Positions 37,901-52,350 are shown, counted from the stretch's first letter. The stretch: 64,000 nt of DNA from Azolla caroliniana (GCA_043228905.1 JBHGNT010000015.1:19654001-19718000); one strand, 5' to 3'. The notes: a model not told the origin generated them from the letters alone. Program-made: numbers and translations.

Positions 37901-38699
37901 TCTCTTGAATGTAATGAGAGAGAGGGAGGGGGAAATGCTAGTGAGTGAGTGTACTTCCTTCACTTGTATTGATCAATGATGAGTAATGATGACAATGATG
38001 ATGAGCTCATCAATATAGTTGTGTGTGGTTGTGGACACTTTTGACTAGTTATGTACATGCTCTTTTTTAGAGCTCCACTAGCCTAGACCATACACACCAC
38101 ACATTATTATTTTCTTCATCATCGATTCACATATCTATTCCTCGTAAAGGTACTTGAATAACAATTCTTTTTGTCAACCAACTAGGCTTTGTTCATCTGA
38201 CGTTCAAGCTTCAGGGCTTCGTGCAATTGTTTCGAGAAAAGGAAGTACACACACAAGACAAGAGGAAAAACACTGGCATTGAAATAACCGCTAGCTATGA
38301 ACGGATATGCAATTTTTTATGAATGTGGCACCACTTTCGATCAACAAGAAGACTAAGTTGAATGCTTAACACATACGCCACAAATGCTACTTTATATATA
38401 GGTGTTTACTTTAACATAAAAAAAATTAGACACGACCAACAATAAGAATGGCAAAAAATTCTTACATTTCTTGTCACAGCTAAAATGGCATAAAATACTG
38501 CTATTTTTATTGCTACTAACATGCCATAAACTTTTGCAACTTTGTACTAGTTAAGAATTCCATAAACTTTCCCATTCTTAAAGAGTGAAAGTAAACTTAA
38601 AGAGAAATAGAAAAACCGGAATGTTGGAAATCTATACATATTGTTGTCCATGGGTAACAACATTTTTTAATGGTTTTTCTAGGTTCTACATGCCATCTT

Positions 38700-40010
38700 A
38701 TACAAGAAGAGATTAAGGTACCACACATACAAATACGTAAAGAAAACAACATTTATGGATTAAAGTCTTGGTTACAAACAAACCATCAGTCGTAAACAAA
38801 TGTTGAGCTATAGAAGTAACGCAATCACTCACACTAAATACATGGAGGGGATACAAAGTATCACTTTTACAACTTGTGGACAAGGTTTGGCAATATTTCT
38901 AGCTACCTTGTGCTAATCAAGCTCTTCTTGCGTTGAGGTCTGTGGTGTACATGTTGAAGTGTGAAGACAACCATATTAGAACTACAACTTCATAGTGCCA
39001 ATAACAACAATGTCATATACACGGTTGTCCACAAGATGGATACCACCATGTCAATAGCATGTGTAGAAGAAAACCACTCATGATGAGGTGTGCGTGACAT
39101 GCAAAAGAAGCACATGAATTGAGAATTTGTGCGTGATGTCACCATTTGTATCTATAAGTAAAGCGTGCAGTTTATAGTATGTAGGGACATACAGAATGTC
39201 ATTGGGCCATTGTTGTTATTATGTGTGACTACATTCAACCCTTCATATTTAACATCGTTGTTCTTAGGTTGACTCTCTTTCATTTGTTCTTCGCTATCAT
39301 CTATCTTATTGCCCTTTCTTTTCTCTTTCTTCCACTTGTAGTAGTCACTATCTTGCCATAATGATGGCATTTTACATCTTTACTGTCCCTTTGCTATCAT
39401 ATTTGCCTCTTTGTTGTGACCTACCCCTAGTATGTAAAGGATTGTAGGACTAATTGATTTATCTCTTCCATGAGTAGAGAACTCTCTACATCGATGTACA
39501 AAAGCATAGCATTTCAATTGCTCATGGTAGTCATAAAGATATCCCCACTCCATGGCAAAGTGCAAAGCAAAAATGTAGCCTTAAACTCATCATCAATGAT
39601 GAATTTCACGGGAACCACCTAGTTGGAAATAGACCTAAACTCACTCAAGTCAGTTGACATGGGCCTCTTTTATGCGCAAATCCATAAGCTTTTTCAACCA
39701 ATAAACTTTGCTAGCTACACTCTACTAGCGTACAATTCTTGGAGTCTAGTCCATATCACATAGGCATAGTCCAAACCTTATTAAATAGCAAGGCATGACA
39801 CACTGATAGGTCAATGGTAAAACGTGCGAGTTTGTTTAAGTTCTCCCATTCATCTTGATCCATATCTATAGGCTTTACTCATTTGACCTTGATTGGCTTT
39901 GCCTGCTTCTTTTGCAATAGGATAATGTAGCACTGCTTTTGCCGCACAACAAAACTGTGTGCACCCTCAAGCTTCTTGTGTATGAGATGGTTGTTATCAC
40001 TGCTCCCATC
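38700..40010 (-). mobile_element. Highly decayed Copia gag-protease
   Basis: Minus-strand KLEGAHSF, IIDDEFKATFLLCTLPWSGDIFMTTMS (UBN2-type gag) and ILNSCASF..TPHHEWFS (protease WxxDSGA-like). Boundaries approximate. Confidence 0.65.
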
Positions 40011-41253
40011 CATAATTTTTAGCCAGAGGAAAATGCCAAATGCAATCCCAAAGCCCATGAACTCTTGTCGATGTGTGAAGAACTTTCTTGCAAAGAACCT
40101 GTGTGGGCAAAACATGATAAACTATAACACATTGCATGTCTCTTGCATGGGTTGACTTGTAGCGAACTATGCTAACTATCACCTACTCCGAAAATGTGAC
40201 CTACCACGCCAATTGTTTCTTGCACTAAAAACGCAACCTAGCGTGTTGACTATCACATGCATTGAAAACGTGACCTCTCACGTTGATTGTCTCCTACACT
40301 GAAAATGTGACCTATCGTGCTAATTGTCATGAAGGCTCCCTTTAGTTTTCCGATCTTTGCTCGATTGCTCCTTGGAATGAGCATGTCTTCTACGTATATG
40401 ATCAGATAGATCCAGGACTCGTCAGCCAATTACCGAATATACATGCATGGGTCGGAGTCGGTCCGATGGTAGCCAAGCTGCCGAATGTAGGAGTCATTTG
40501 TAGGGAATTGAGAGTAGATTAGGGCACCATTTAACTACATACACAAAGAGACAACTATTGAGACACAACAATCTAGCAATCTTTCCTTTTTGTATATATG
40601 AAAGTTAGTGTGGTAAGGGTGTGTTCACACCCATGCACTGATAAAAGGCATGATAGCCCTAAGTTATTCCTAGTAGTATTAATCACAAAGGATTCTAACC
40701 AAAGACAATAAAACTATCTATGGAATGGTATTACTTAACAATCAACACAACCGAAGGATATGATGGTGTCTAACCAAAACAAACATCCAATCATCCTCAA
40801 GCAGCAACGATCAGAGGCGAGATTTCTAACAAGAATTGTCGGAGCAACCTACCTTACAAACGTTCGGATATTATCTCTTTGCACTCCAGATAGGGGATGT
40901 CGAAGAATGAGAATTATGTTCACATACTCCATATGGCACCTATACATCCCCTCCTTGCAATGAAGAAGAAGGATTGTGTTGCCTTAAACTGTGAGGCAAC
41001 ACCATCAAACCAAGCCCAATGTCGATTAAAGGTAACACCTATGGACAATAAATTTGCATGGTGAAGCTTAAAACAATGTTGAACAAAGAGTGTATCTTAT
41101 TTTAAACTTCAAGGCCTGCCCTGCCCTGCCCTGCCCTGCTACTTGTTTGGGCTTGTGGTGATGGTTGTTGCGGCCCAACCTAAGGAGACATCCATTGGAA
41201 TGTATTATATATAGATATGCCGAGGCACACACATTGTGATACTGGACAGTGGA

Positions 41254-41535
41254 CACCCATTGGAGATGTAATATATATGGATATGTCCAGGCAAACATTG
41301 TGATACATACTAGACACCCAATTGGAGATGTAATCTATATAGATACATATGTCCAAAAACCGAATTGGAGATGTATTCTATATAGATACATATGTCCAGA
41401 CACCCAATTGGAGATGTAATCTATATAGATACATATGTCCAGAAACCCAATTGGAGATGTATTCTATATAGATACATATGTCCAGACACCAAATTGGAGA
41501 TGTATTCTATATAGATACATATGTCCAGGCACAGT
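41254..41535. repeat. 43-bp minisatellite (5 copies plus 1 degenerate) upstream of SUFE1
   Basis: cacccaattggagatgta(a/t)tctatatagatacatatgtccaga at ~41315, 41358, 41401, 41444, 41487. Confidence 0.9.
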
Positions 41536-41751
41536 GTGATACTGGACAAACCTATATAAGGCTTTGGGCCATATATATATATATAAATTCATTCCTCTCT
41601 TCCTTCAAGCATATCATAAAGCTAATCAATCCCCTTCTTCATCATAACCCTCCTCAGAAAACACCATATCACAGAGGAGGAGGTGGAAGAAGAGGAAGAA
41701 GAAGGGGTGTTAGAGAAGAAGAAAACACCCTTCACCAATCAGGGTTTGGCT

Positions 41752-43081
41752 ATGGCTATGGCTTCTTCTTCTTCTTCCTTCCTCCCAGCTTCTTCTGCAG
41801 CTGCATCTCTGCACCGTCTCCATCTCCACCTGTTCTTCATGAGGAGGAGGTGTATATCACTAGTTTGTAATCCGAACCCTAGCCCTAAATATAAACCTTT
41901 CCTTAAACCTACCTCCAAATCTAGCCCTTACCCATTTTTCTGTCTCTCTGCTGATATTGTCGATGGAAGCTTTGGGTCACAATTCCGCCGACCACGACTC
42001 TTCTCATTTGCGATGTCCAATTCGAATTCCAATCCTGTTGCCTCTGATACTGCTTCCTTGGGTTTCGGTGATGAGAATCTACCATTGAAGCTCGCAAAAA
42101 TAGTTCACCTCTTTCAGATGGTTCCAGATCCGAGGGCGAAATACGAGCAGCTCCTTCACTATGGAAAGAAGCTTGAACCGCTCCCCAAAGAATTCCAAAC
42201 CCTTGAAAACAAGGTCAATGGCTGTGTTTCTCAGGTATGAGTTTTTTTTCCCTTTATCCTGACCATGGTACCCATATCTTTGTTTGTTGTTCTTTTAGGG
42301 TAAATCGGAATCTGATTCTTTGTACACTAAATTGCAGGTATGGGTCCGTGCATTCCTTGATCAAGACCAAAAAGTCTTCTTCCAGGCTGATTCTGACTCG
42401 CTGTTGACCAAAGGTCTCGCTGCCTTGCTCGTAGAAGGCTTATCAGGATGTCCGCCGTCAGAAATACTTCGTATCTCGCCCAATTTCGTCCATTTATTGG
42501 GGCTTAAACAGAGCTTAACACCTTCTCGGAGCAACGGATTTCTCAACATGTTGAAATTGATGCAAAAAAAGGCTCTAGAATTAGCCATGGAAGGAGCTAA
42601 GCTTTCTGATGATGTGGTTGTTGCCTCACATGGCATTGGAGACCAGGGCAATGCTGATGGCATGGATGTACAGACTGTTTCTTCTACTACTAAGATCAGT
42701 GGAGACATTGAGGATTCTTCTTCATCATCATCATCTACAAGGGGGGCTTCACGCGGAGACTCTGGTTCTGGCTCAGAATATGGTTCAATTGTTTCTACAA
42801 GACAAGAGAGAATGAGACAAAAGCTTGAATCCGGCCTAGTCCCCACTTTATTAGAGATAGAGGATGTTTCTTATCAACACGCCGGTCACTCTGGTGTAGA
42901 GAAAGGGGCTTCCGAGACACATTTCAATGTAAAAGTTGTCTCAAGCAAGTTTGAAGGCAAGAGTCTTGTGAAAAGACATCGACTTATTTATGATCTTTTG
43001 CAAGAGGAGCTCCAGAGTGGTCTTCATGCACTCTCCATTGTAGCCAAAACTCCTGCTGAAGTTGAGAAAGCTGGAGTTTAA
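41752..43081 (+). CDS. SUFE1: Plastid SufE-like protein 1 (SufE + BolA domains)
   Basis: Ser-rich transit peptide; exon 1 41752-42234 (YEQLLHYGK..ENKVNGCVSQ); exon 2 42338-43081 (VWV..ADSDS..TKGLAALL..LTPSRSNGF; BolA HAGH..ETHFNVKVVS..KRHRLIY..LHALSI). Confidence 0.96.
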
Positions 43082-44005
43082 GAAATACAAGGCCTTGCTA
43101 AAATAGGTATGGAGGGAATTTCTAACTTTTCCCTTCACCTTCTTATTATGTTACTCTACGCTTAGTTCACACAGCACCAACTTGTTCATGTCCATAAATT
43201 GATTCGATAATTCATATGCTAGTTCATAAACAAAATACACATTGTTCATGTCTATTTAATCAATTTGGGAATGTCCATATGCCATAGCTAGCTCGTGAAA
43301 CAGCATTCTCATGAGGTTTGTAATATTGATGGGAAAATGTATGTTTAAATGCTCGGTTTTTGGTCTTGGTTAACTTTTTGGCAAACGTATCTATCCTGTT
43401 TATAGGTTGCTTTTGTCTCTCCAATGCTTCCATTGTCTGGGTTTTAAAACATTAACATTAGTGAGTATATATAGAGAGATGTCTTCATCTTGCATTTAGG
43501 TACAACATTCGAAAAGAAATATTGCATGTACAGAATTTGTCATCTCTCACTTCCTTTCATGTAAAGTCAAGGATATCAGGTTCTTTAGCTGAGGCTCATT
43601 TAATGCACATTAGTTTTCCACTAGGTAATATGTTCCCTATTTCAAACGATCACGAATAAGATAGATTTGTTGATATCAATGCCTTGAATGGAATAGAGTT
43701 AAATTATGAATGTATGGTATTGCCACTAACTTTTGGATTTCTAGTCTTGCAACTCCATTTGATTCATTTGCCCCTTTTATACTAGTCATTCTTGTTTGCA
43801 TTCTTTGCAATACTCATTAATATGCATTTGTCTAGTAAGACTATCCTGTGTTTCATATGACCATTTCAAAATTGAATAAACTTGTCATATCATCAATACA
43901 TGTTACGAAGCCCTGAGAGAAAGTAGTTAGCCACAAGCAAATTCTTTTGAACAGTTCAGTGGTAATTGAGGATCTGGAAATATTGTTCTGGTAATTTGGT
44001 AATAC

Positions 44006-44220
44006 TTCCCAAATATTTCTACATTTCCAGAAATTCCAGTGATACCCTAGAGCCCCAAAGATATTGAATATGGCAACAAAGAAAAGGGGAAAATATAATA
44101 AAGTGTTCACAAATTTGACTGGAAAACTTGTTCAGAGGCATTCTCTTCCCAAATATTTCTACATTTCCAGAAATTCCAGTGATACCCTTGAGCCCCAAAG
44201 GTATTGAATATGGCAACAAA
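44006..44220. repeat. 75-bp direct repeat x2, 140 bp apart
   Basis: cttcccaaatatttctacatttccagaaattccagtgataccc...gaatatggcaacaaa twice. Confidence 0.85.
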
Positions 44221-45636
44221 ATAGAGTTTATGGTCAACATAAACATAAAATCATGTAGCTTTCCTTTTCCATCTCTGGTTATAGGTTAATACCTGCAAAA
44301 CAGACATTCCCAAAAAATTAGTGCTGCTGCAAATTTATACCATGAGAGGTCGAGATGAGTTTCAGTATTTTTTGGCATATTGATTTAAAGCCATTTATTA
44401 CCACCAAGAACTCCTTCACAAAAAGCTATGTTGTTGCTGGAGGCTTCAGCACAAAGATGCCATAAGTGCATACATATACTTCATGAACCAGTGCAAATAC
44501 TTCATGAAGCATTCTATCATTTATAGAGGAAAACAATTATTAGGCAGACGAAGTTACAAAAAAGTACTCGAGGTGCATATGCATTTATAAGCAAACAAGG
44601 GATGATAAGTAGTAACAACCTAAACTATTCTAATACAAAGATGCTATAAGTGCATATACTTATGAAGCATTCTGTTATTTCTACAGGCAAATATTTCTTT
44701 GTGAAGGCAGTTGCAAGATGTTCGAGGTTGTGTAATTATTATAAACAAACAAGAAATATTATATCAGTATCAAGAAACTTACCTGATGTATTTGATGTGG
44801 TACATTGGTTCAATCCCACTTGCATTGGACTCCCATACGTCATCCGCATATGTTGTTCTTGCCTTTTTCTCCCAAATGCAAATTAGGATGATTTAATTGA
44901 TGGGCATTCTAGGTTCCCTCATTGACCTTTGGATATATTATCTTGGTGCAGTATGTGCCATTCGTAAATATTTTGACCTGCCAATAAACCATACTAAATG
45001 CCTATATTGGTGTAGGTGCTATAGCCAACCTTTCGATTTATGTGATTTTTTAACCTTCTCAACCTAGCACTGGGCAATAGGTGTTGGGAAATTTTGAGGT
45101 TATTCCAAGTATACTTCATGTGTTCCCCAGATTGATGTATCTCTGCCATTACTGAAGCTGTACATGGTCTCTAGCACATACATTTTAAACTTCTAATCCT
45201 ATCAGCCTTGCATTTGGCTATGGCTACACTAGGACTAGTTCATTTGATTTGTTTCTCAAATTGGTTTAGCTGTCATCATTGAATCATCTTCATGTTATCC
45301 AGAGGCTAGACTCATGTCATTGTCTTTAATCTCTTCAACCTTGCATTAACCATGGCTACACAAAGATTTTTGAGGTTAAATCAAGTTGATTTGATTTGTT
45401 TCCCAAATAGCTGTAGCTGTCATCATTGAATCCTCTTTATGTTGTCCAGAGCCTAGAGTCATGCAGTTGATTTAATCTCTTCAACCTTGTATTAGCCATG
45501 GTACTGACTTTTGTTTGTGAAATCAAGTTTATTACCTCATTTGTTTCCCACCCTCATATGAACAGTTGTGCATGAATTCATTCAGCTTGTGTTGTCCCAT
45601 CAAGCTAATAACATACCAGAAAGTTCTCTTTTCTCT

Positions 45637-48600
45637 TTAAAGGTAGTTCTCTCTATGTAATCCTGCATATGCATTCGACATCAGCACATAACCGGCAGCT
45701 ATATTAGGATCCTGAGTAATTACTTGTTCAAAGGATTGTCCTGCCAAATGCATGTTTCCATAGGATATGCAGGAAGCAAGCAAAGATGTCTGGCTAATTA
45801 TGTCAGGTATCATTGGCATACATGCAAGTAATTCTTGTGCCTTATGAAGCTGTCCAGAACATGCAAGTAAATGTGCCATAGAGTTAAAATGCGCTGCAGT
45901 AGGTATGATCATATTATCTTCGAACATGGACATGAACTGTATACTAGCTTCATCCACTTGGCCTGTGAGGCTGAAGGCAGATAAAATACAACTGTATGTG
46001 CTGCTATCTGGCCTCAAACCTTGCTTTTCCATTGTTTGAAGACACTTTCTCACTAATGATAAGTTACCCATCTTAGAAAACCCTGAAATCATGGCACCCC
46101 AGGCTACAGTGTCCTTGAGTGGCAACTCATCAAACAGTTTGGATGCTTCCTTGAAATTCCCACATTTTCCATACATGTCGACGAGACCACTCCCAATAAC
46201 TATATCATTTTCAAGGCTGTCTCTTATGATACGATCATGTATCCATTGTCCCTGAACTACTGCTCCCACACTAGCACAAGCTTTCAGAGCACACGAGAGA
46301 ACCATTCTGTTTGGCTTCATGCTCTGCATCCCCATCCTCTCAAAGAGTAGAAGAGCAAGGAGTCCATGGTCAAGCTGAACATAACCTGCAATCATAACAC
46401 TCCATGATACCTGATTTTGATGAGGTAAGTGATTAAATGCATGGCATGCCTCCTCCAAACTTCCACATTTCAAGTACATATGCATAAGGGCAATCCCAAG
46501 ATCCATATCCACTTCTAGTCCACTTTCAAGAAGCCCATTGTGTACCAATAGACCCCTTGCAATGTCTTGAAAATTACCACATGCACTCAATGCACATGAA
46601 AATGCTATCTTGTTTGGTTCTATGACCTCATGTTGCATACGCCCAAAGAGTTCTAGAGCAGTATGTCCATGTCCATGCATCATATAACCTGCAATTAAAG
46701 AGCTATATAATACAGAATCTTGAACCATCATCTGACTGAAGATTTTGCATGCCTCATAAAAAACTCCCAGTTTAGCATACACATTCACCAGAGCATTTCC
46801 CATGATTATATCTGAAGAAAAACTATTCCTTATAATATGATCATGTACCACCATGACAGAGGATACAAATCCAGAGTTGCCACATACCTTCAATATAGAT
46901 AAAAACATTGCTCTGTCTGAAACTACACCATGCAAAAGCATTTTCTCAAAAAGCTTCAAGGCAATAATAGCTTGCCCATCTTCAGCATACCCTGTAATCA
47001 ATGCACTCCACGATACAACATCTCGATATGATAGGATCGAAAACATGCTTTCTGCCTCATCTAAGACCCCACATTTTGCATACATATCGACTAAAGTGTT
47101 TCCTATTTGTACATCTGTCAATAAGCCACTCTCAATCACTAAATGATGCAATAACATAGCCTTTTCTATAGAGCCTATATCAGCACACCCTTTCATGACA
47201 CCAAGCAATGCAACTCTGTCTGGGATAATGCATTGTTGCTGCATCCTCCCAAAGAGATGAAGTGCATGACTTGTGTTTCCATGTTGTGCATATCCGTCAA
47301 TGATGATCCCCCATGATGAAGGATCCTGATGATTTTGTAGACATTCAAACTCCTTACTAGCCTCTCCCAGATTCCCACATTTGGCATACATATCAATCAA
47401 GCTATTTGCAATGATTATGTCAGACTCAAAGCCTGCTTGTATTACTAGTCTATGCATCTGCATACCCTCATGTAAGGCTCCTATGCCACTGCAAGCATTC
47501 AGGACACATGCAAATATAACAATGCTCTGCTTAATGTTGTCTTCTTGCATTTTTTCAAATAACTTCAAAGCCAAGGCATTCTCTCCAAGATGCACATATC
47601 CTACAATCATGGAACCCCATGACACTACATTTCGCTTTTCCAAACTCTTAAAGATCACATAGGCATCCTCCATAATACCATGCTTAGCATATATATTGAT
47701 CAATGCACTTCCAACCACCACATCAGACTCCAATTGGTCTCTAACAATGAGATCATGCACAATTCTTGCTTGTGCTAAACTTCCTACACCACTGCAAGCT
47801 TTCAAGATTGAGGAAAATGCAACCTTATCTAGCTTCATCTTGTGTTGTTGCATTTGCCAAAAGAGTTCGAGTGCCCTTTCATTATTGCCATTTTCAGTGT
47901 ATCCAACCAACATTGTGCACCATAGTATAATATCTTTATTCCCCAATCCATGGAAGACCTTTTGAGCATCCTCAATGCAACCACATTTACAATACAATTC
48001 CACAAGAGAGCTTCCAATGACAATGCTGATTTCCATTCCTGTTTTCAAAACCTGATTGTGAATTTTCCTGCCTTGTAAAATGGCTCTTGCATGATTGGAT
48101 GCTTTTAGAACAGACATATATGAGACCTCATCAGGCAAGAAGCCATCTAGTTGCATTTTCTCAAAAGCTTGCATAGCTAATAACTCATAACCATGCATGG
48201 CATAGGCTGAAATAATTGCATTGTAAGACAATACATTTCGATATTGTAACTCTTCAAACAACTTCTGTGCCTCACTTAAATTCCCACATTTTGCATACAT
48301 ATCTATGAGGGCACTAGCAAGACGTAAATCCGACATAATCCCATTGATTTTAATCTCTTCATGCATGGAGATCCCCAGCTTAAGAGATTTAATACTAGCA
48401 TAAACCTTCAATATGCATACATATATAGCTCTGTTTGGTATCAAACCCTCATGTTTCATTAAAAAGAACAAATCTACAACCTTCTTGTTTTCTTGAAATT
48501 TGGAATGCATCTCTATGATCACTTGCCATGTCTGAACACTGGGGGCTTTAATGGCTGCAAAAGCCAGATTCGCTTCAAAGAAGCTTCCACATAGGATGAA

Positions 48601-49111
48601 AAACCGAACAAGATGATCTCCTAGACTTATGGCAGAGCTAATGCCACATGCTATAAGGAGAGAATGAACTCTCCTACCACTTTTTAGATCCTTTGTAGCA
48701 GCAGATTGCTGAAGAAAGGCATGCAATCTGTGTGGTGGGGGTATCCCTTGCAAATGCATGGGATCTTTCATGCAGAAAGTAGCCACTAACTGTACCAAAT
48801 CCCTATTTGATACACCTCAACTGTACAAAGTTCAAACCCGAACATAAAAACCTGCTGACCCAAGGCCCTTAATTGCACAATCGCTGAGTGATAAACCCTA
48901 ACTACCCCCAGAGATCAAACCCTAACTTTAACCTTAAATTTACAGAACCCTAGCAAAAAAAGAACAAAATTTTCCAAAACAAAAAAAAAAAAAAAAACAA
49001 TTTTCACATAAACCCTATCTGAGAAGCAATAACTGTGTAAACCCTATTCTGAGTAGAAGCTCGATTTGCAGGAAATCTCTTGACTATCAGTGTCAAACAT
49101 TTGGTCGCCAT
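45637..49111 (-). CDS. Long PLS-class PPR protein (~1080 aa) with E region, no DYW; probable 5' exon encoding a targeting peptide
   Basis: Main exon 48802-45637 of PLS triplets ending AAGYVLMSNAYA. Putative exon 1 49111-49014 (MATKCLTLIVKRFPANRAS..) joins in phase 2 across a T-rich GT-AG intron. Confidence 0.88.
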
Positions 49112-49144
49112 CACAAACTCAGCTTTTGCAAAATTATGAAGACT

Positions 49145-49405
49145 AACCCTCCCTTGTATTTTACGTAATTCCCAAATTACCCCCCGTATTTTGGATCAAT
49201 TACCAAACTACCCCTTGTATTTTCGTAATTCCCAAATTACCCCTCGTATTTTTTTATCAATTACCAAACTACCCCTTTTATCGTGACAATTCCCAAAATA
49301 CCTCTCCCATTACAAGTAGTGCTAATTAGTTCACGACCCCCTTGTATTTTCGTAATTCCCGAATTGCCCCTCGTATTCTTTTGGAAATTCCCAAACTACC
49401 CTTCT
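49145..49405. repeat. Short degenerate tandem repeats (ttcgtaattcccaaattacccc)
   Basis: The motif caaa(t/c)tacccc recurs about 7-8 times; resembles DNA-transposon subterminal repeats. Confidence 0.7.
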
Positions 49406-51585
49406 CACATGTTTACGTCGGAAAAAAGGCTAGGTTTTAGTGTCACAATTGGTTTGTCTGTTTCTTGGACCTTCCTATGAATGCACAAGCCCTTCGCCTA
49501 GGCGCCCAAGTGACCCACACAATGAGAACAATCCTAAAACAAACTGAGATGCTATCAACCAACTTCAGGGAAGTATTACAACATAGCTTATAACACTGGT
49601 CTTAGCAAAAACTCAAGAGTCCATGCACAGGGATTTTAAAGAGCCCAAAGGCCTGGTCTTCGTATATCACTTGTCCCCTAATTATTTTTCATGAAATCCC
49701 AAAAAGGCTACATACATCGTCTTTTCGAAATTTCTTGAACTACCCCTTACATGAAATTAGTCATGGACAAGTTTATGAAAACTAAAGTGATTACTATTCA
49801 CAAAACTCTGACAAATACCCCCTTTGTATTTTTCCAAATCTCGAGCTACCCTTCCCAAAGTTTAGTTTGAGATAATGTTACTAAAACATCCCCCTATATA
49901 TTGTTCATGAAACAACTCCCAAATTTGGCTATTGTATTTTCTCAAACACTTGACCTACCCCTTCCATAAACTTTGCCTACAAAAAATTCCATGAACCTTA
50001 TTGTAAGACTAATTTCTAAACACTTAGTTACGCATAAAAGACACAAAATGCATCAACATATATTATGGTTAGTTTAGCATGGGTTACATATATTGAACTA
50101 ATGTCTTATCTACATAACTCTTGTAAGGCACAACACGATTGATAAATTTGAATTTGTCATATAGATATTTGGCAAGAAACAAAAAAGTAGAAATGGAAAA
50201 TCTAGTTTTCATCGATACATTAGGACCAATGTTATATGACATTGGCTTTAAGGGTCACCCCTAAAATACATATAACCAAAAAAATGCCATTGAACTCATG
50301 GATCCTTTCTGGCATTGTTAATATAAAGTAGTCAATATTGAGACATGATCTTAGGCAGTGCACATTGAAAAGCAAAACATTAGAAATATGGCTTTGAAAA
50401 GTTAGTGATCTAAACCAACATGACACCTTTGCCGTCTAAGCACATCGCCAATACATGCGCATCATAGGAAGATTGGATGCATTCGTGTTTGTTCGTGACA
50501 TCTAAGAGTTTGACATAATTTTTTAATGAAGAGCATTTATTCGATCGACTCTATCAGCTCAAGGTCAACTCCATCCCCTCCAATTTGTAATTGAGGGACT
50601 AAAGAGCAGGTTTGGCTACAATTTAGGTGATTCTACAAGGTAGGCACATGTTGAGTTGATAGGGTAACATTTGTCAAAGCTTCAAAGTGTGAAAAGTTTG
50701 CTACATGTTGATGAGGTCCATTTTAAAGATTCATATTGTAAGTCTATGAATGAAATGAATACAAAAGGTAAATGCATTAGCATATCTTATGTTTAATAGA
50801 GATACAAAACATTCATTCATAGACTTACAATATGAATGTTCAATCTCTCAATTAGTAAATGAAACATATCTTATTTCTATTAATACATAAGTCCCTACCA
50901 GTGGGAGCATGGCAACTTGGGAACCTTAGCTCTCCTAATTGTGTAGAGTGCCCACATGTAGTAGAATCAATACGACACGCTCTGTGGGATTGCCCAATGT
51001 CCCATTGAATATGGGGGGGGTTGGCCGCTTGTTGCAATTATGCCAGGTGCAAGGCTCAATCAAGTGGGGAAATATATGTTGGTTATCATGGTAGACCGCA
51101 ATTGGCAGATATGAGCATCAGGAGGAGGGAATGACTTTGATGATAAAAGCACAAGAGGTATTTTTCTCCTCCAGCGGCAATGTCCACTCCACTCCTCTTA
51201 ATGACAAATCTCAAGAGGTGTTGGAATTGGTCAACCCAATAACTCTTTGGATTCTATGGAAACAATGATGTAGGTGAGTCTTCTCCAACCAATTTGCACA
51301 TCCAACAAGGTTACTGCAAGAGATATGGAGTGAAATTGTAGCCACTCTAAAGAGCCAATATGATGGCCTCAAGGGCGGCTCCGATGGAGTTGAAAGACAA
51401 CGAATAGCCTTCATCCAACAATGGTCGTCCTCTCCCTTTCTTGAGTCAGTGGGCATCCACATAATATGGAACTATCATGTCCCTACAGGGATTTGTACAT
51501 AATCGTCTCATTTGTAAAATTTTATAACTAATGGAAGGAGTTTTTTTTTGGAAAAAAAAAAACATATCTTATCTATAATTTAATT

Positions 51586-51820
51586 GAGAGACTAAACGTA
51601 TCTTATTGTAAGTTCAATTAGTAAATGGAACATAACTTATGTTTAATTAATCGAGAGACTAAACATATCTTATTGTAAGTTCAATTAGTAATTTGGAACA
51701 TATCTTATGTTTAATTAATCGAGAGATTAAACATTATCTTATTGTAAGTTCAATTAGGAAAATGGAACATATCTTATGTTTAATTAATCGAGAGACTAAA
51801 CATGATCTTATTGTAAGTTT
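51586..51820. repeat. 67-69 bp tandem repeat x~3.5
   Basis: gagaga(c/t)taaac at 51586, 51653, 51721, 51790; related remnants at ~50780-50890. Confidence 0.9.
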
Positions 51821-52097
51821 GCGAATGAATGAAAAAAAAATGGAAATCAATGGAACTGAAAAACGATAAAAGAGTTTTTGGAAAAAAAAGAAACAAAAGA
51901 AGAAAAACGATAAAAGAGAACACTTGGCTCGCCAAGAACGCAAAAAACAGAAAGCAAAAAAGCAGAAAAGCAGAAAAGCAGAAAAGCAGAAAAGCAGAAA
52001 AGCAGAAAAGCAGCCCTCACACTGATTTCAAGCTATGCCGGAGAAGCAAGAGTTACAGCCCTCACCAAGAAGAGACAGAGACAGAGACAGAGACAGA

Positions 52098-52350
52098 GAG
52101 AGAACCATAGCTCTTCTCGTGTGAATCGAGATAAGAGCTCTACATGACTATGTCTTGGAAGGGTTTTATGGAGATTAGAGCTATGGGTTTCTCTCCCTGT
52201 ATCGAGATTATAGCTCTACGAGAGGGAGAGAACCATAGCTCTTCTCGTGTGGAACGACGAAATAAGAGGTTTGCATGACCATGTCTTGCAAAGGTGCAAT
52301 GGAGATTAGGGCTATGGTTTTCTCTCCCTGTATCGAGATTAGAGCTCTAC
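52098..52350. repeat. Two tandem ~130-bp units, each a ~100-bp inverted-repeat hairpin
   Basis: gagagaaccatagctct ... agagctatgggtttctctc (52098-52195) and a second copy at 52224-52328. Confidence 0.8.

Noticed and set aside
37739-37963. 74-aa ORF as a separate gene
   Set aside because: It is cupin exon 1 read through into the intron.
42361-42846. 161-aa antisense ORF, and similar short antisense ORFs inside the PPR genes
   Set aside because: Shadow ORFs of real coding sequence on the opposite strand.
50890-51500. Possible LINE 3' fragment interrupting the 68-bp repeat family
   Set aside because: Weak zf-RVT-like resemblance only; too degenerate to call.
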